A DNA stretch of 46,856 nucleotides from Microvenator sp. GTDB taxonomy: Bacteria; Myxococcota_A; Bradymonadia; Bradymonadales; Bradymonadaceae. The notes beneath the pieces are model-generated. The model did no database searches. It was not told where the DNA came from and worked only from the letters and a program-made list of their open reading frames with translations. Position numbers and translations under genes: made by a program. Positions 32,899 to 40,516 of this stretch are shown in pieces. The stretch's first letter is position 1; every line of letters begins with the position of its first letter. The DNA is taken from positions 1-46,856 of the forward strand of contig JBFFMO010000001.1 in the NCBI GenBank assembly GCA_041554035.1, written 5' to 3'.

Positions 32899-34221
32899 TC
32901 ATTCTGTCTCATTTTTGCTATCCTTCCGTAATACAAGCCCCTTGGAAACGACCATTTCGGGGTGCTTGATCAAGTATCTCCTGACCGTCTTCTCTGCTAC
33001 CCCCATCGTCTCCGCAAGGTCTTCCGTGGTCACTGCTGGCCCTTCCGAGAGGCATGCTTTGTACGCCTCGCTCAGTGCCTCGTTCTGTTCCTTTTGGCGT
33101 TCCTTGACGCTCTTCTTCGGCTTAGCATTCTTCTGCCACGGAGCCTCTTCGCCCTCCGCCTTGGCATCCTTCAGAAGCGAATATCGGTCATCGGAGTGGA
33201 TGGGGTAGCGGAAGAATATCGACTTCGGCGGCATGGTTGGGAACTCGCGCAGAGTGGTCTCCACGCGCCAGCCTGACGCCAGTGTCGCCGCTTCCCGGAT
33301 GATGGGCCGATATTGCCTGACAGCGTCCGCAAGGCCATTCATCTCCGCCCAGGCTATAAGGTCGCGAGAAACGACCGTGTTGTCCTGTGGGCAGGTGTCG
33401 CGCCAATTTGGGCTAACGTGGTCGAAGGCATTGCTCAGTCCGTGGCATTCCCACGAGTTGACAATCTGGTATCGGCGGGCATCGTCGATGTTGAGTTCGA
33501 TCAGGTCCACGATGGCGTCGGGGTCGCGGGAGAACACGCCAGAGCCAGAGGAGCGGTCTCGACTGCTCTTTTGCCCCTGCGTACCTTTCGAATGGTGGTG
33601 GCAGTAGATGGTCGCTGCCCCGAGTTCCTTGCAAATCCGGTCGAATTGATTGCAGAACTTCGCCATCTGCTCCGCGCTGTTCTCGTCACCGGTCAGGACT
33701 TTGTATATGGGGTCAATGACCACGGCGGCATAACGCTTTTGCAGGGCTCTGCGGATGAGTTTAGGCGCGAGCCTGTCCATGCTGGTCGCATTGCCCCGGA
33801 GATTCCACACGTCCAACATGCCGGGGGTTCGCTTTATTCGCAGGGCCTCGTATATCTTCCAGAATCGGTGCCGACAGGATCGCTCGTCGAGTTCGAGGTT
33901 GACATACAGGACGCGGCCCTGCTTGACCGGCCACCCGAGCCACGTCCCGCCTTCCGCAAGGGCTACGCACAACTGCATAAGGGCAAATGATTTCCCGGCC
34001 TTGCTTGGCCCGGATAGTAGCATCTTGTGCCCTTCGCGGAGTAGGCCGTCAATCAGGCACGGCGCCAGTTCTGGCTCTTTTTCGTCGATGCTCAACTCTT
34101 CGATGTCCGGGAGATCGTCGTTCAGGTCTTCAACCCAATCATGCCATTCTTTCCAGGATGACTTGCCAACGTTGGTGCCGATCAGGTATTGCCGGTTGCC
34201 CCCCCGTACGATGCCAGGCAT
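32899..34221 (-). CDS. RepA/DnaB-like replicative ATPase (AAA_25-like) with C-terminal HTH (440 aa)
   Basis: Walker A LLSGPSKAGKSF, Walker B AAVVIDPIYK, RecA-like core. C-terminal TTEDLAETMGVAEKTVRRYL HTH. Confidence 0.7.
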   Translation of the reverse strand: MPGIVRGGNRQYLIGTNVGKSSWKEWHDWVEDLNDDLPDIEELSIDEKEPELAPCLIDGLLREGHKMLLSGPSKAGKSFALMQLCVALAEGGTWLGWPVKQGRVLYVNLELDERSCRHRFWKIYEALRIKRTPGMLDVWNLRGNATSMDRLAPKLIRRALQKRYAAVVIDPIYKVLTGDENSAEQMAKFCNQFDRICKELGAATIYCHHHSKGTQGQKSSRDRSSGSGVFSRDPDAIVDLIELNIDDARRYQIVNSWECHGLSNAFDHVSPNWRDTCPQDNTVVSRDLIAWAEMNGLADAVRQYRPIIREAATLASGWRVETTLREFPTMPPKSIFFRYPIHSDDRYSLLKDAKAEGEEAPWQKNAKPKKSVKERQKEQNEALSEAYKACLSEGPAVTTEDLAETMGVAEKTVRRYLIKHPEMVVSKGLVLRKDSKNETE

Positions 34222-34272
34222 GCGCGATAGGCGTGAGGGGTTTCGGTTCTGCCTGTCGAGGATTAGGCCGTT

Positions 34273-35121
34273 TCAGGTGCAAACGTCCCACAGAAAATCA
34301 ACGCGCTTTCGGTACTCCTCGATTGTATCCGCGTCAATTTTGACGATTGCGTGGATTGATTTTCCACCGGAGTGCACGATTGCAGCGCACGGCAGTTCCA
34401 GTTCGCGGATAATGGCGTACTGCTTCGGCATTGGAATTTCGTCACTTTCGACCAAGGCATATCGGTGAGAAGTGACGTTATCGTCGCGGACTCCGGTGCC
34501 GTTCATGGGATTGAATCTGATCCATGCACCAGCCTTGGGATCGGCATCGCCAATCACGCGCCCCACATTTCCGCCACATTTGCCAAGTTGCTCGATAAGT
34601 TGCCCGGCTGTCCGGTCATAGGCACCCATTCCCTTTGGAAGGTATTTGCCTTTTGCTTCATTTAGCCAGGATTCAACGTTGTACGAAACTTTTTCATCTG
34701 ATTGAAATAGCGTTGACAGGTAAGACATGAGGTCTTTAACCGGGTTCCAACTCGGGCCAGGGTCGGGGATTTCGGAATCTTGCAACCAATCGGCGTCAAT
34801 GATGCGGAGGTCTTTGCCGGACACACACACATCCTCATTCCATCCAAGCGAACGGCCTTCTTCTCTGGGCGGCTTCCATCCTTGGGCCATTGCCATCTTT
34901 GCCAGTGATGCCACGGTGATTGGCTGCGCCGATCCGTGGAAGGATTGCCATTTCTGGTGGCAATCTCCCTCCCGGTATCTGGCCGGGTCGCGTCGGCTCC
35001 ATGCGTCCCACTGATCGGGGGATAGGCCTGCGTCCTTCAGCGCCATCCCGGCATAGAGCCACTCCTCGTACTGGAGTTGGCTTGGGTCTATGTGATTGAG
35101 CATTTCGAGTGCTTCAGACAT
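34273..35121 (-). CDS. Archaeo-eukaryotic-type primase-polymerase with N-terminal PriCT-2-like domain (282 aa)
   Basis: N-terminal W..AGMALKDAG...WDAWSRRDPARY....C..KW.SF (PriCT-2 pattern). YALVESDE (acidic motif) and HSGGKSIHA (sG-x-G-x-H AEP motif). Confidence 0.6.
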   Translation of the reverse strand: MSEALEMLNHIDPSQLQYEEWLYAGMALKDAGLSPDQWDAWSRRDPARYREGDCHQKWQSFHGSAQPITVASLAKMAMAQGWKPPREEGRSLGWNEDVCVSGKDLRIIDADWLQDSEIPDPGPSWNPVKDLMSYLSTLFQSDEKVSYNVESWLNEAKGKYLPKGMGAYDRTAGQLIEQLGKCGGNVGRVIGDADPKAGAWIRFNPMNGTGVRDDNVTSHRYALVESDEIPMPKQYAIIRELELPCAAIVHSGGKSIHAIVKIDADTIEEYRKRVDFLWDVCT

Positions 35122-35165
35122 CTGCGTTCCCTTCTTTTTTAAACATCGCGCACAGCAAAGGAAAG

Positions 35166-35552
35166 TTATGCCGGCGAGATGTTGTGTTTCTCGATATACT
35201 TCCTGACGGTAGACGGCGGCATTTCGAGCCCGACAGCCAGGTGTTCCACGTCATAGTCAAAGCGCGGGAGCCACTTGCGAATGAGGCGTACGGTCTCGGC
35301 CTCGTCGGCTTGCTGCTCGGCAGTCTTGCGAGAGCCACCACGGGCGAGAGCGTAACCAGCGGCCTTTGCCATCGTGGTCATGGTTCGCCGGGTGAGGCCG
35401 TGCCGTTGCGCGATTGTGGCCCGCTCCCCGATGGACTCGGCATAGGCTCGGATCGCATCGGCGGCTTGTTCGGCTGTGCGCCATGCTTTGGGCTGCCGGA
35501 ACGTTGCGTCTCCGATGTGGAGGGTTCCGTATTTGATTGATATTTTGTTCAT
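35166..35552 (-). CDS. HTH DNA-binding protein (128 aa)
   Basis: Two HTH-like segments (ATIAQRHGLTRRTMTTMAK; LAVGLEMPPSTVRKYIEKH). Confidence 0.6.
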   Translation of the reverse strand: MNKISIKYGTLHIGDATFRQPKAWRTAEQAADAIRAYAESIGERATIAQRHGLTRRTMTTMAKAAGYALARGGSRKTAEQQADEAETVRLIRKWLPRFDYDVEHLAVGLEMPPSTVRKYIEKHNISPA

Positions 35553-35579
35553 GCTTTTCTCCGCGTTCTTGATAGCCGA

Positions 35580-35936
35580 TCAGGATGTTTTTGCTTCCGG
35601 CATTGGTCGCCAACCGATCACGCGGCCAGGTGTCATTCGTGTTTGCGTGTTACGCAAAAAGCACCACCCTGTATCCTTTCGACGGTATCCCTCGCCTACT
35701 GTATTAGCCTCTCCGGGGCCATATCCAATTAGAAGCAAAAGAGGTTCCATCATAGGAGCATCATCGTCCCTCCACCGTGTTTCCTCTCGCAGCGCGGCTA
35801 TTTCACACCACGCGGTCTGCGCCTCATGTCTAGATTGATAATCTCCACTCTCCGCTCCACATATAACGCAGTTACAATACCATTTCCCTGGCCGTCTTCT
35901 GACAGCCTCAACGTGTTCTTCTCCACAAAAAAACAT
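35580..35936 (-). CDS. Lar-like zinc-ribbon plus DUF551-like protein (118 aa)
   Basis: CNCVICG...EAQTAW (Lar-like) and C-terminal GRVIGWRPMPE (DUF551-like W-x-P-x-P ending). Confidence 0.55.
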   Translation of the reverse strand: MFFCGEEHVEAVRRRPGKWYCNCVICGAESGDYQSRHEAQTAWCEIAALREETRWRDDDAPMMEPLLLLIGYGPGEANTVGEGYRRKDTGWCFLRNTQTRMTPGRVIGWRPMPEAKTS

Positions 35937-35974
35937 TTCATCGCTTCACTCCTCCACCTTCGTTCGATGCGCCG

Positions 35975-35991
35975 CCTGACTACATATCAGG
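35975..35991. repeat. CCTGA-N7-TCAGG intergenic inverted repeat (copy 1)
   Basis: CCTGActacataTCAGG. TCA is the TGA stop of the upstream gene. 38 nt before the next start codon. Confidence 0.8.
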
Positions 35992-36436
35992 TGCGTTTGA
36001 TCCGTGGTCTAAAGTGGGTTACATCCTCAACACACTTCCATTCTTCATCCAGTGGGCACCATGTTTTCCACCCAGCGGTAAGGAAATATGTTTCGTACTC
36101 CTCGTCGTATTCAAACACTTCACCGCCACCGTACTTGATATCGTTTTCCGCTTCAGAATAATCCCCCGATTCGTAGAACGGATCATATGTCTTTTCCGGA
36201 ATAAAAAGTGCGGGCATCACGCGCCAGTCGTTTCTGTCGATCTTGACCATGTATTCCGGTCCACCAATGTCGCAGTATTCTTCTGGTTGTTCTTTTTCCA
36301 CGTCGCGCCAGCGCGACTGCTCACGCAACATATCCAGTTCTTTTTGCAGCGTTTTATAATCGCAATCTACCTGAAGAAGCCTATCGTATTCTGTTTGGTT
36401 AATAGCAATCATTTTGGGTGGGTATGTAAAAGTCAT
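35987..36436 (-). CDS. DUF551-like protein (149 aa)
   Basis: ATG 36436 (MTFTYPP) with AGGAA RBS. RWRDVEKEQPEE and VTHFRP motifs. Confidence 0.55.
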   Translation of the reverse strand: MTFTYPPKMIAINQTEYDRLLQVDCDYKTLQKELDMLREQSRWRDVEKEQPEEYCDIGGPEYMVKIDRNDWRVMPALFIPEKTYDPFYESGDYSEAENDIKYGGGEVFEYDEEYETYFLTAGWKTWCPLDEEWKCVEDVTHFRPRIKRT

Positions 36437-36456
36437 GTTCCTATATTTCCTGTGTC

Positions 36457-36473
36457 CCTGATGTGTAATCAGG
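36457..36473. repeat. CCTGA-N7-TCAGG intergenic inverted repeat (copy 2)
   Basis: CCTGAtgtgtaaTCAGG. Contains the upstream stop. 20 nt before the next start. Confidence 0.8.
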
Positions 36474-36753
36474 TGTTGGGTTTTTCCAACCGTGGCTGGC
36501 CACATTTGCAAAACTCAGCGTCTTCTCCGCACCAACATCCTCTTCCAAATGTGCCTGGTGTAGGTAGTTCTTCGTCGTGCAAATCTGCTTTCAGCATTGC
36601 GGCATAGCACTCTGGGTGCATTCTCGCGGTAACAGACTCTCCATAGCAAAACCAGGAAGAATAGGGTTGTCCTGTGTCTATGTTCTCCCAGCACCAATCA
36701 CAAGGGTAGTTCTTCCTTGATTTTTTTATATGTCGGGTTTCGCTTACGCTCAT
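36469..36753 (-). CDS. Cys-rich small protein (94 aa)
   Basis: Ten Cys residues (CDWC, C..C..C clusters). GGAGGAA RBS. Confidence 0.6.
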   Translation of the reverse strand: MSVSETRHIKKSRKNYPCDWCWENIDTGQPYSSWFCYGESVTARMHPECYAAMLKADLHDEELPTPGTFGRGCWCGEDAEFCKCGQPRLEKPNT

Positions 36754-36771
36754 TTATTCCTCCTTGGCGTT

Positions 36772-36788
36772 CCTGATTCTTCATCAGG
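36772..36788. repeat. CCTGA-N7-TCAGG intergenic inverted repeat (copy 3)
   Basis: CCTGAttcttcaTCAGG. 18 nt before the start at 36753. Confidence 0.8.
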
Positions 36789-36910
36789 TGGTAGTTTCCT
36801 TAAAAAAATCCTGGGCCCCAACGCATCTTCTTTAAAATCAAACGTTTGTAAAAGTGCTAACAGTTTATAGTTTTACTTGGGCCCAACTTCCCAACATGAG
36901 CGCCTGATAA

Positions 36911-37144
36911 TCAGTCAAGCGGTGTAAACGTTGCCAAGCAGCGGCGTATCTCCATGTGCTGGCCGGGTAACCATTTTCCGGTTGTGCCTTTGCATGAGCG
37001 TGGTTTGCCTTGCAACAAAAGCCCCCTAACCCATTCATCATCAAAGGATTTCACCTGAAAAACGAACCGCCCTTTTCGACAATGCCAGACGCTATAGACA
37101 GCCCCCACCACCACGCTCTCAACAGGTTGTTTCGTTGTAGCCAT
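36911..37144 (-). CDS. Hypothetical protein (77 aa)
   Basis: ATG 37144 (MATTKQP) with AAAGGAA RBS. The ORF-track start at 37255 overlaps the upstream gene. Confidence 0.5.
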   Translation of the reverse strand: MATTKQPVESVVVGAVYSVWHCRKGRFVFQVKSFDDEWVRGLLLQGKPRSCKGTTGKWLPGQHMEIRRCLATFTPLD

Positions 37145-37188
37145 TTTTGCATTCCTTTCTGCCGGGTGTCCGAATTCTTGACAATCGA

Positions 37189-37428
37189 TCAAGTATTCAC
37201 TTTGCTTTCCAGCAAGGTGGTATATTTTGCTTGTAGCAGTAATATTTGATCCCATACCTTCTGATGCTCATTCTCTACAACCTGAAGATGTGTTGATGAT
37301 AAACCCTCTTCATGTATTGCCCTTGCTGCTCTCTTCGCTGCTATCAGGCTACTGTTTGCTTGACACATTATTTGAATGAAACCCATCTCGTTTAGATCTT
37401 TTGCTTTTGGCTGCGTTTCCAGCATCAT
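37189..37428 (-). CDS. Hypothetical helical protein (79 aa)
   Basis: AAGGAG RBS. Confidence 0.55.
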   Translation of the reverse strand: MMLETQPKAKDLNEMGFIQIMCQANSSLIAAKRAARAIHEEGLSSTHLQVVENEHQKVWDQILLLQAKYTTLLESKVNT

Positions 37429-37449
37429 ATATCTCTCCTTCCATGGCTT

Positions 37450-37466
37450 CCTGACTGTTGATCAGG
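37450..37466. repeat. CCTGA-N7-TCAGG intergenic inverted repeat (copy 4)
   Basis: CCTGActgttgaTCAGG. 21 nt before the start at 37428. Confidence 0.8.
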
Positions 37467-37471
37467 GCTGT

Positions 37472-37714
37472 TTAAAATTTCCATATCGCCCGGCTACCTC
37501 CGGAACTTTTCACGATCTTTGAGAAAAGTTCCCCTCCCATAGCCTTTGATAATATCTGGTTGTCTAACCGGAATGGATCTGTATTATTCAGCATGAAGCA
37601 TATGCGTTTGGCTCCGCTCAATAACCAAAGGCCATCGCGACACTCAGGCTTCTCTTTGTCGGAGACCACCGTTACAGCCCGTCCGTGCTTTCTGGAGTCT
37701 TTCACAATAATCAT
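37472..37714 (-). CDS. Hypothetical protein (80 aa)
   Basis: ATG 37714 (MIIVKDS) with GAGAGGA RBS. Confidence 0.55.
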   Translation of the reverse strand: MIIVKDSRKHGRAVTVVSDKEKPECRDGLWLLSGAKRICFMLNNTDPFRLDNQILSKAMGGELFSKIVKSSGGSRAIWKF

Positions 37715-37731
37715 TTTTAAATCCTCTCGCG

Positions 37732-37748
37732 CCTGACAGTCCATCAGG
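37732..37748. repeat. CCTGA-N7-TCAGG intergenic inverted repeat (copy 5)
   Basis: GCGCCTGAcagtccaTCAGGCG (extended stem). Contains the upstream stop. 17 nt before the next start. Confidence 0.8.
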
Positions 37749-37929
37749 CGTTCACTTCTTTGTAGAAATCGGCCTCATCCCATTCTGGGCAAGTATCCTG
37801 TGGCTCTATGTGGTGCGTGTATTTCTTTGAAGACTCGTTGCCGCAGCGTCCTATTTGCTTGTTCCCAACAAAATCAAGTTTAGGCCATTGGCAAAAAAGG
37901 CAGTGCGGTGGAAGTGGTGGCTTTCCCAT
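37744..37929 (-). CDS. Cys-rich small protein (61 aa)
   Basis: CLFC...C...C Cys clusters. AAGGGGGA RBS. Confidence 0.55.
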   Translation of the reverse strand: MGKPPLPPHCLFCQWPKLDFVGNKQIGRCGNESSKKYTHHIEPQDTCPEWDEADFYKEVNA

Positions 37930-37949
37930 TGTTTCCCCCTTTCAGCCAT

Positions 37950-37966
37950 CCTGATACATAGTCAGG
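37950..37966. repeat. CCTGA-N7-TCAGG intergenic inverted repeat (copy 6)
   Basis: CCTGAtacatagTCAGG. 20 nt before the start at 37929. Confidence 0.8.
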
Positions 37967-37971
37967 CCCGC

Positions 37972-38379
37972 TCACTTCCGAATTTTGTACATCGCAGCCA
38001 AACACTTTTTCGCCAGCCGGTCCTGTGCCTCCGTGAAAAACAACTGGTCAACGCCAGCCGCGTTTTTCGTAATCTTCACTATGTCGATGTCCTGCAACGC
38101 AGCACATCCGTACCCGTCGAAAGTGATGGTCACTCGGTGGGCGAGTACCGAACTCCTGAAACCTTCCGGCCAGGAGGGAGTAGAGACAACCCACGCGCCC
38201 GCCCAACCTGCCTTCGTGTCGCCGAGCAACTGACACAGGCTGCGTTTTGCGTCTGTGATTATTTCAACCAGGTCGGGCATACGCTCAAAGCAGCAATCCA
38301 GATCGTAGGACATGATTGTCTCTTGCAGGATTTCGTCGATTTCTAATTCGTTCGCCCTGTTTATTGCGATGGTTTTCAT
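37972..38379 (-). CDS. Hypothetical protein (135 aa)
   Basis: ATG 38379 (MKTIAINR) overlaps the upstream stop by ATGA. Confidence 0.55.
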   Translation of the reverse strand: MKTIAINRANELEIDEILQETIMSYDLDCCFERMPDLVEIITDAKRSLCQLLGDTKAGWAGAWVVSTPSWPEGFRSSVLAHRVTITFDGYGCAALQDIDIVKITKNAAGVDQLFFTEAQDRLAKKCLAAMYKIRK

Positions 38380-38702
38380 TGGCATTGTTCGAGTTCCTCC
38401 ATTGTTATCCACCCGCCAACAGACAGCACAGGAAGGCCGTTACTAATCGCAAGGGCAATCTCTGCGCGTGCGCCAAGACTATTTTTAAACCCACTTAAAA
38501 CAGCGACCCCATCGGAAGCGCGAACCATTGCGAGATCAATATCGAGATACTGCGCCCGCGTCAGTCCGTCCGGGTTTTTTGCCGGATTCAGTACCACATA
38601 GCCAGCAGCCTGAAGTTCTTTCTCTGCCTCAAAAAACGCTGGGCGGTTGTGATCCGGAAGGCCCGCCATCGGGCCGGAAATGTAAAGCACCTTCTCGTTC
38701 AT
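38376..38702 (-). CDS. DUF4406 / nucleoside 2-deoxyribosyltransferase-like protein (108 aa)
   Basis: VLYISGPMAGLPDHNRPAFFEAEKELQAAGYVVLNP matches the recalled DUF4406 N-terminal pattern. Confidence 0.55.
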   Translation of the reverse strand: MNEKVLYISGPMAGLPDHNRPAFFEAEKELQAAGYVVLNPAKNPDGLTRAQYLDIDLAMVRASDGVAVLSGFKNSLGARAEIALAISNGLPVLSVGGWITMEELEQCQ

Positions 38703-38717
38703 TTTATTTTTCTCCGT

Positions 38718-40304
38718 TTATCGTGTTGGTTGGTATTCTTTGGCGTTGACCCCGTGCGGCGGTCTCCAGTTGTTCGCGGCAATGCGCGAGATCATGTTGT
38801 TCGCCCCTTCAAAAGTCCACGCCCCGACGTGCTGAAAATTCATTTTTTCTAGCAGCCTGATTTGCTTGGCTGTAGCAAGGCCACTGTCCCTGCGCTTTTC
38901 TATGCTCTTGATGATCAACTCCGCTTCGCCCGCGCTTTTGATTTCGTCCGGGAATATTCCCGCGCCTTCCAGCGACTTTTTCTGCTGGTCAGTCGGTGCG
39001 GCTTGCTCCCACCCGAACGCTGGCTCATAGTTGGTCAAGTCCTGCGACTGGATCGACATTGCGTATTGCAGCGGGTCCACAAGATTGCGCTTGCGCTTCT
39101 TCATCTTCTCCAGTTGTTTAGCCAGGGCCTCTTCACGCTCGGCCACGCAATCGCTTTCGCCTTGCACCATCTCCTCTTCAAGATCAACCGCACAACCGGC
39201 CTCAGCAATGTTCTCGGTCATCTTAGCCGCGACCTCTTCGGAGTCGGCTATCAGGTGCGCCGGTCGGCTCAACTCGTGGCGATCCGTGTGCCACAAGAAA
39301 TCGAGCAGCAGCAAGTGAGTCTTTCCCGTTTCAGGAGAAAGGCGCGTCCCTCGTCCAATCATCTGGCAGTAGAGGCTCCGCACCTTCGTCGGTCGCAGCG
39401 GGATAACGCAATCAACTGCGGGGGAGTCCCACCCCTCGGTGAGTAGCATCGAGTTGCAAAGCACGTTGTATCGCCCGGCCTCAAAGTCGGCCAGAATCTC
39501 CGCGCGATCCTTGCTTTCGCCGTTCACCTCGGCGGCCCGAAAGCCCTTCGCGTTCAGGAAATCGCGCATCTTCTGGCTGGTCGCCACGAGAGGCAAGAAC
39601 ACCACTGTTTTACGATCAGCGCAGTAGTGCGTCATTTCGTCGGCGATCCGTTCGAGATAGGGATCGAGGGCGCTGCCGAGTTCGCCGACCTTGAAGTCGC
39701 CAGAAACGCCGACCCCTGAAATGTCGAGTCTCAGGGGGATAGTTTGCGCTCTGATAGGTGTAAGAAATCCGTCCTTGATAGCCTGGGGCAATGAATAGGA
39801 GTAAGCCAGACTCTCGAAGAAAATCCCAAGTTCGCGCATGTCGCCGCGATCAGGTGTCGCGGTGACGCCAAGCACGTCGGCTCCGCTGAAATGCTCAAAG
39901 ACTTTCTGGTATGAGTTCGCCAGGCAGTGGTGCGCCTCGTCGACGATAATCACGTCGTAAAAGTCCGGTGGAAACTGGCGGAGCCGTTTCTTGCGCATGA
40001 GTGTCTGAACAGAACCGACCGTCACGCGATACCATTCGCCAAGCGCGGACAACTCTGCTTTTTCAACAGCGCAACCAAGCCCCGTTGACTTCTGTAGTTT
40101 GTCGGCTGCCTGGTCGAGCAACTCGCCACGGTGCGCCATTATGAGGCAACGCTTCCCCCGCCGGACAAGTTCTTCGACGAGTTTGCAGAACACAATCGTT
40201 TTGCCCGTCCCGGTGGGTAGCACCAGCAATGTGCGCTGGATGCCTTTATCCCACTCGTTCAGGATGGCGTCTTTGGCTTCTTGTTGGTATGGTCTGAGTT
40301 GCAT
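38718..40304 (-). CDS. Superfamily-2 DEAD/DEAH-box helicase (528 aa)
   Basis: LRPYQ, motif I LPTGTGKT, motif II VDEAHH, motif III TATP, motif VI QMIGRGTR. Confidence 0.85.
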   Translation of the reverse strand: MQLRPYQQEAKDAILNEWDKGIQRTLLVLPTGTGKTIVFCKLVEELVRRGKRCLIMAHRGELLDQAADKLQKSTGLGCAVEKAELSALGEWYRVTVGSVQTLMRKKRLRQFPPDFYDVIIVDEAHHCLANSYQKVFEHFSGADVLGVTATPDRGDMRELGIFFESLAYSYSLPQAIKDGFLTPIRAQTIPLRLDISGVGVSGDFKVGELGSALDPYLERIADEMTHYCADRKTVVFLPLVATSQKMRDFLNAKGFRAAEVNGESKDRAEILADFEAGRYNVLCNSMLLTEGWDSPAVDCVIPLRPTKVRSLYCQMIGRGTRLSPETGKTHLLLLDFLWHTDRHELSRPAHLIADSEEVAAKMTENIAEAGCAVDLEEEMVQGESDCVAEREEALAKQLEKMKKRKRNLVDPLQYAMSIQSQDLTNYEPAFGWEQAAPTDQQKKSLEGAGIFPDEIKSAGEAELIIKSIEKRRDSGLATAKQIRLLEKMNFQHVGAWTFEGANNMISRIAANNWRPPHGVNAKEYQPTR

Positions 40305-40516
40305 AATTTGTACAGGCTCCGTAAATCTGCTTGTATTGCTCCCGTCCTTGCTCGTGGCCCGCGTGATCCTTGCGCGGCATCTATTTTTATGCGCTCAAGG
40401 AATTTTGAGGGGCCGCCATTCTTTGGGCCTTCGATCACAATTCCTGGGTGCAGCGTGAACGGGAAAGGCGGGAGGTCCTCGTCCGTCAACGTCTGCACCC
40501 AGTCGCGCAGCCTCAT
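40259..40516 (-). CDS. Hypothetical protein (85 aa) overlapping the helicase start by 46 nt
   Basis: TAATG coupling to the SSB-like gene. The 3' end overlaps 40259-40304. Confidence 0.4.
   Translation of the reverse strand: MRLRDWVQTLTDEDLPPFPFTLHPGIVIEGPKNGGPSKFLERIKIDAAQGSRGPRARTGAIQADLRSLYKLCNSDHTNKKPKTPS

Noticed and set aside
32675-32902. 75-aa ORF over the GGGACAG repeats
   Set aside because: The sequence is composed almost entirely of the iterons. The translation is a repeat artefact (…CPCPPQGQRQ…) with no RBS.
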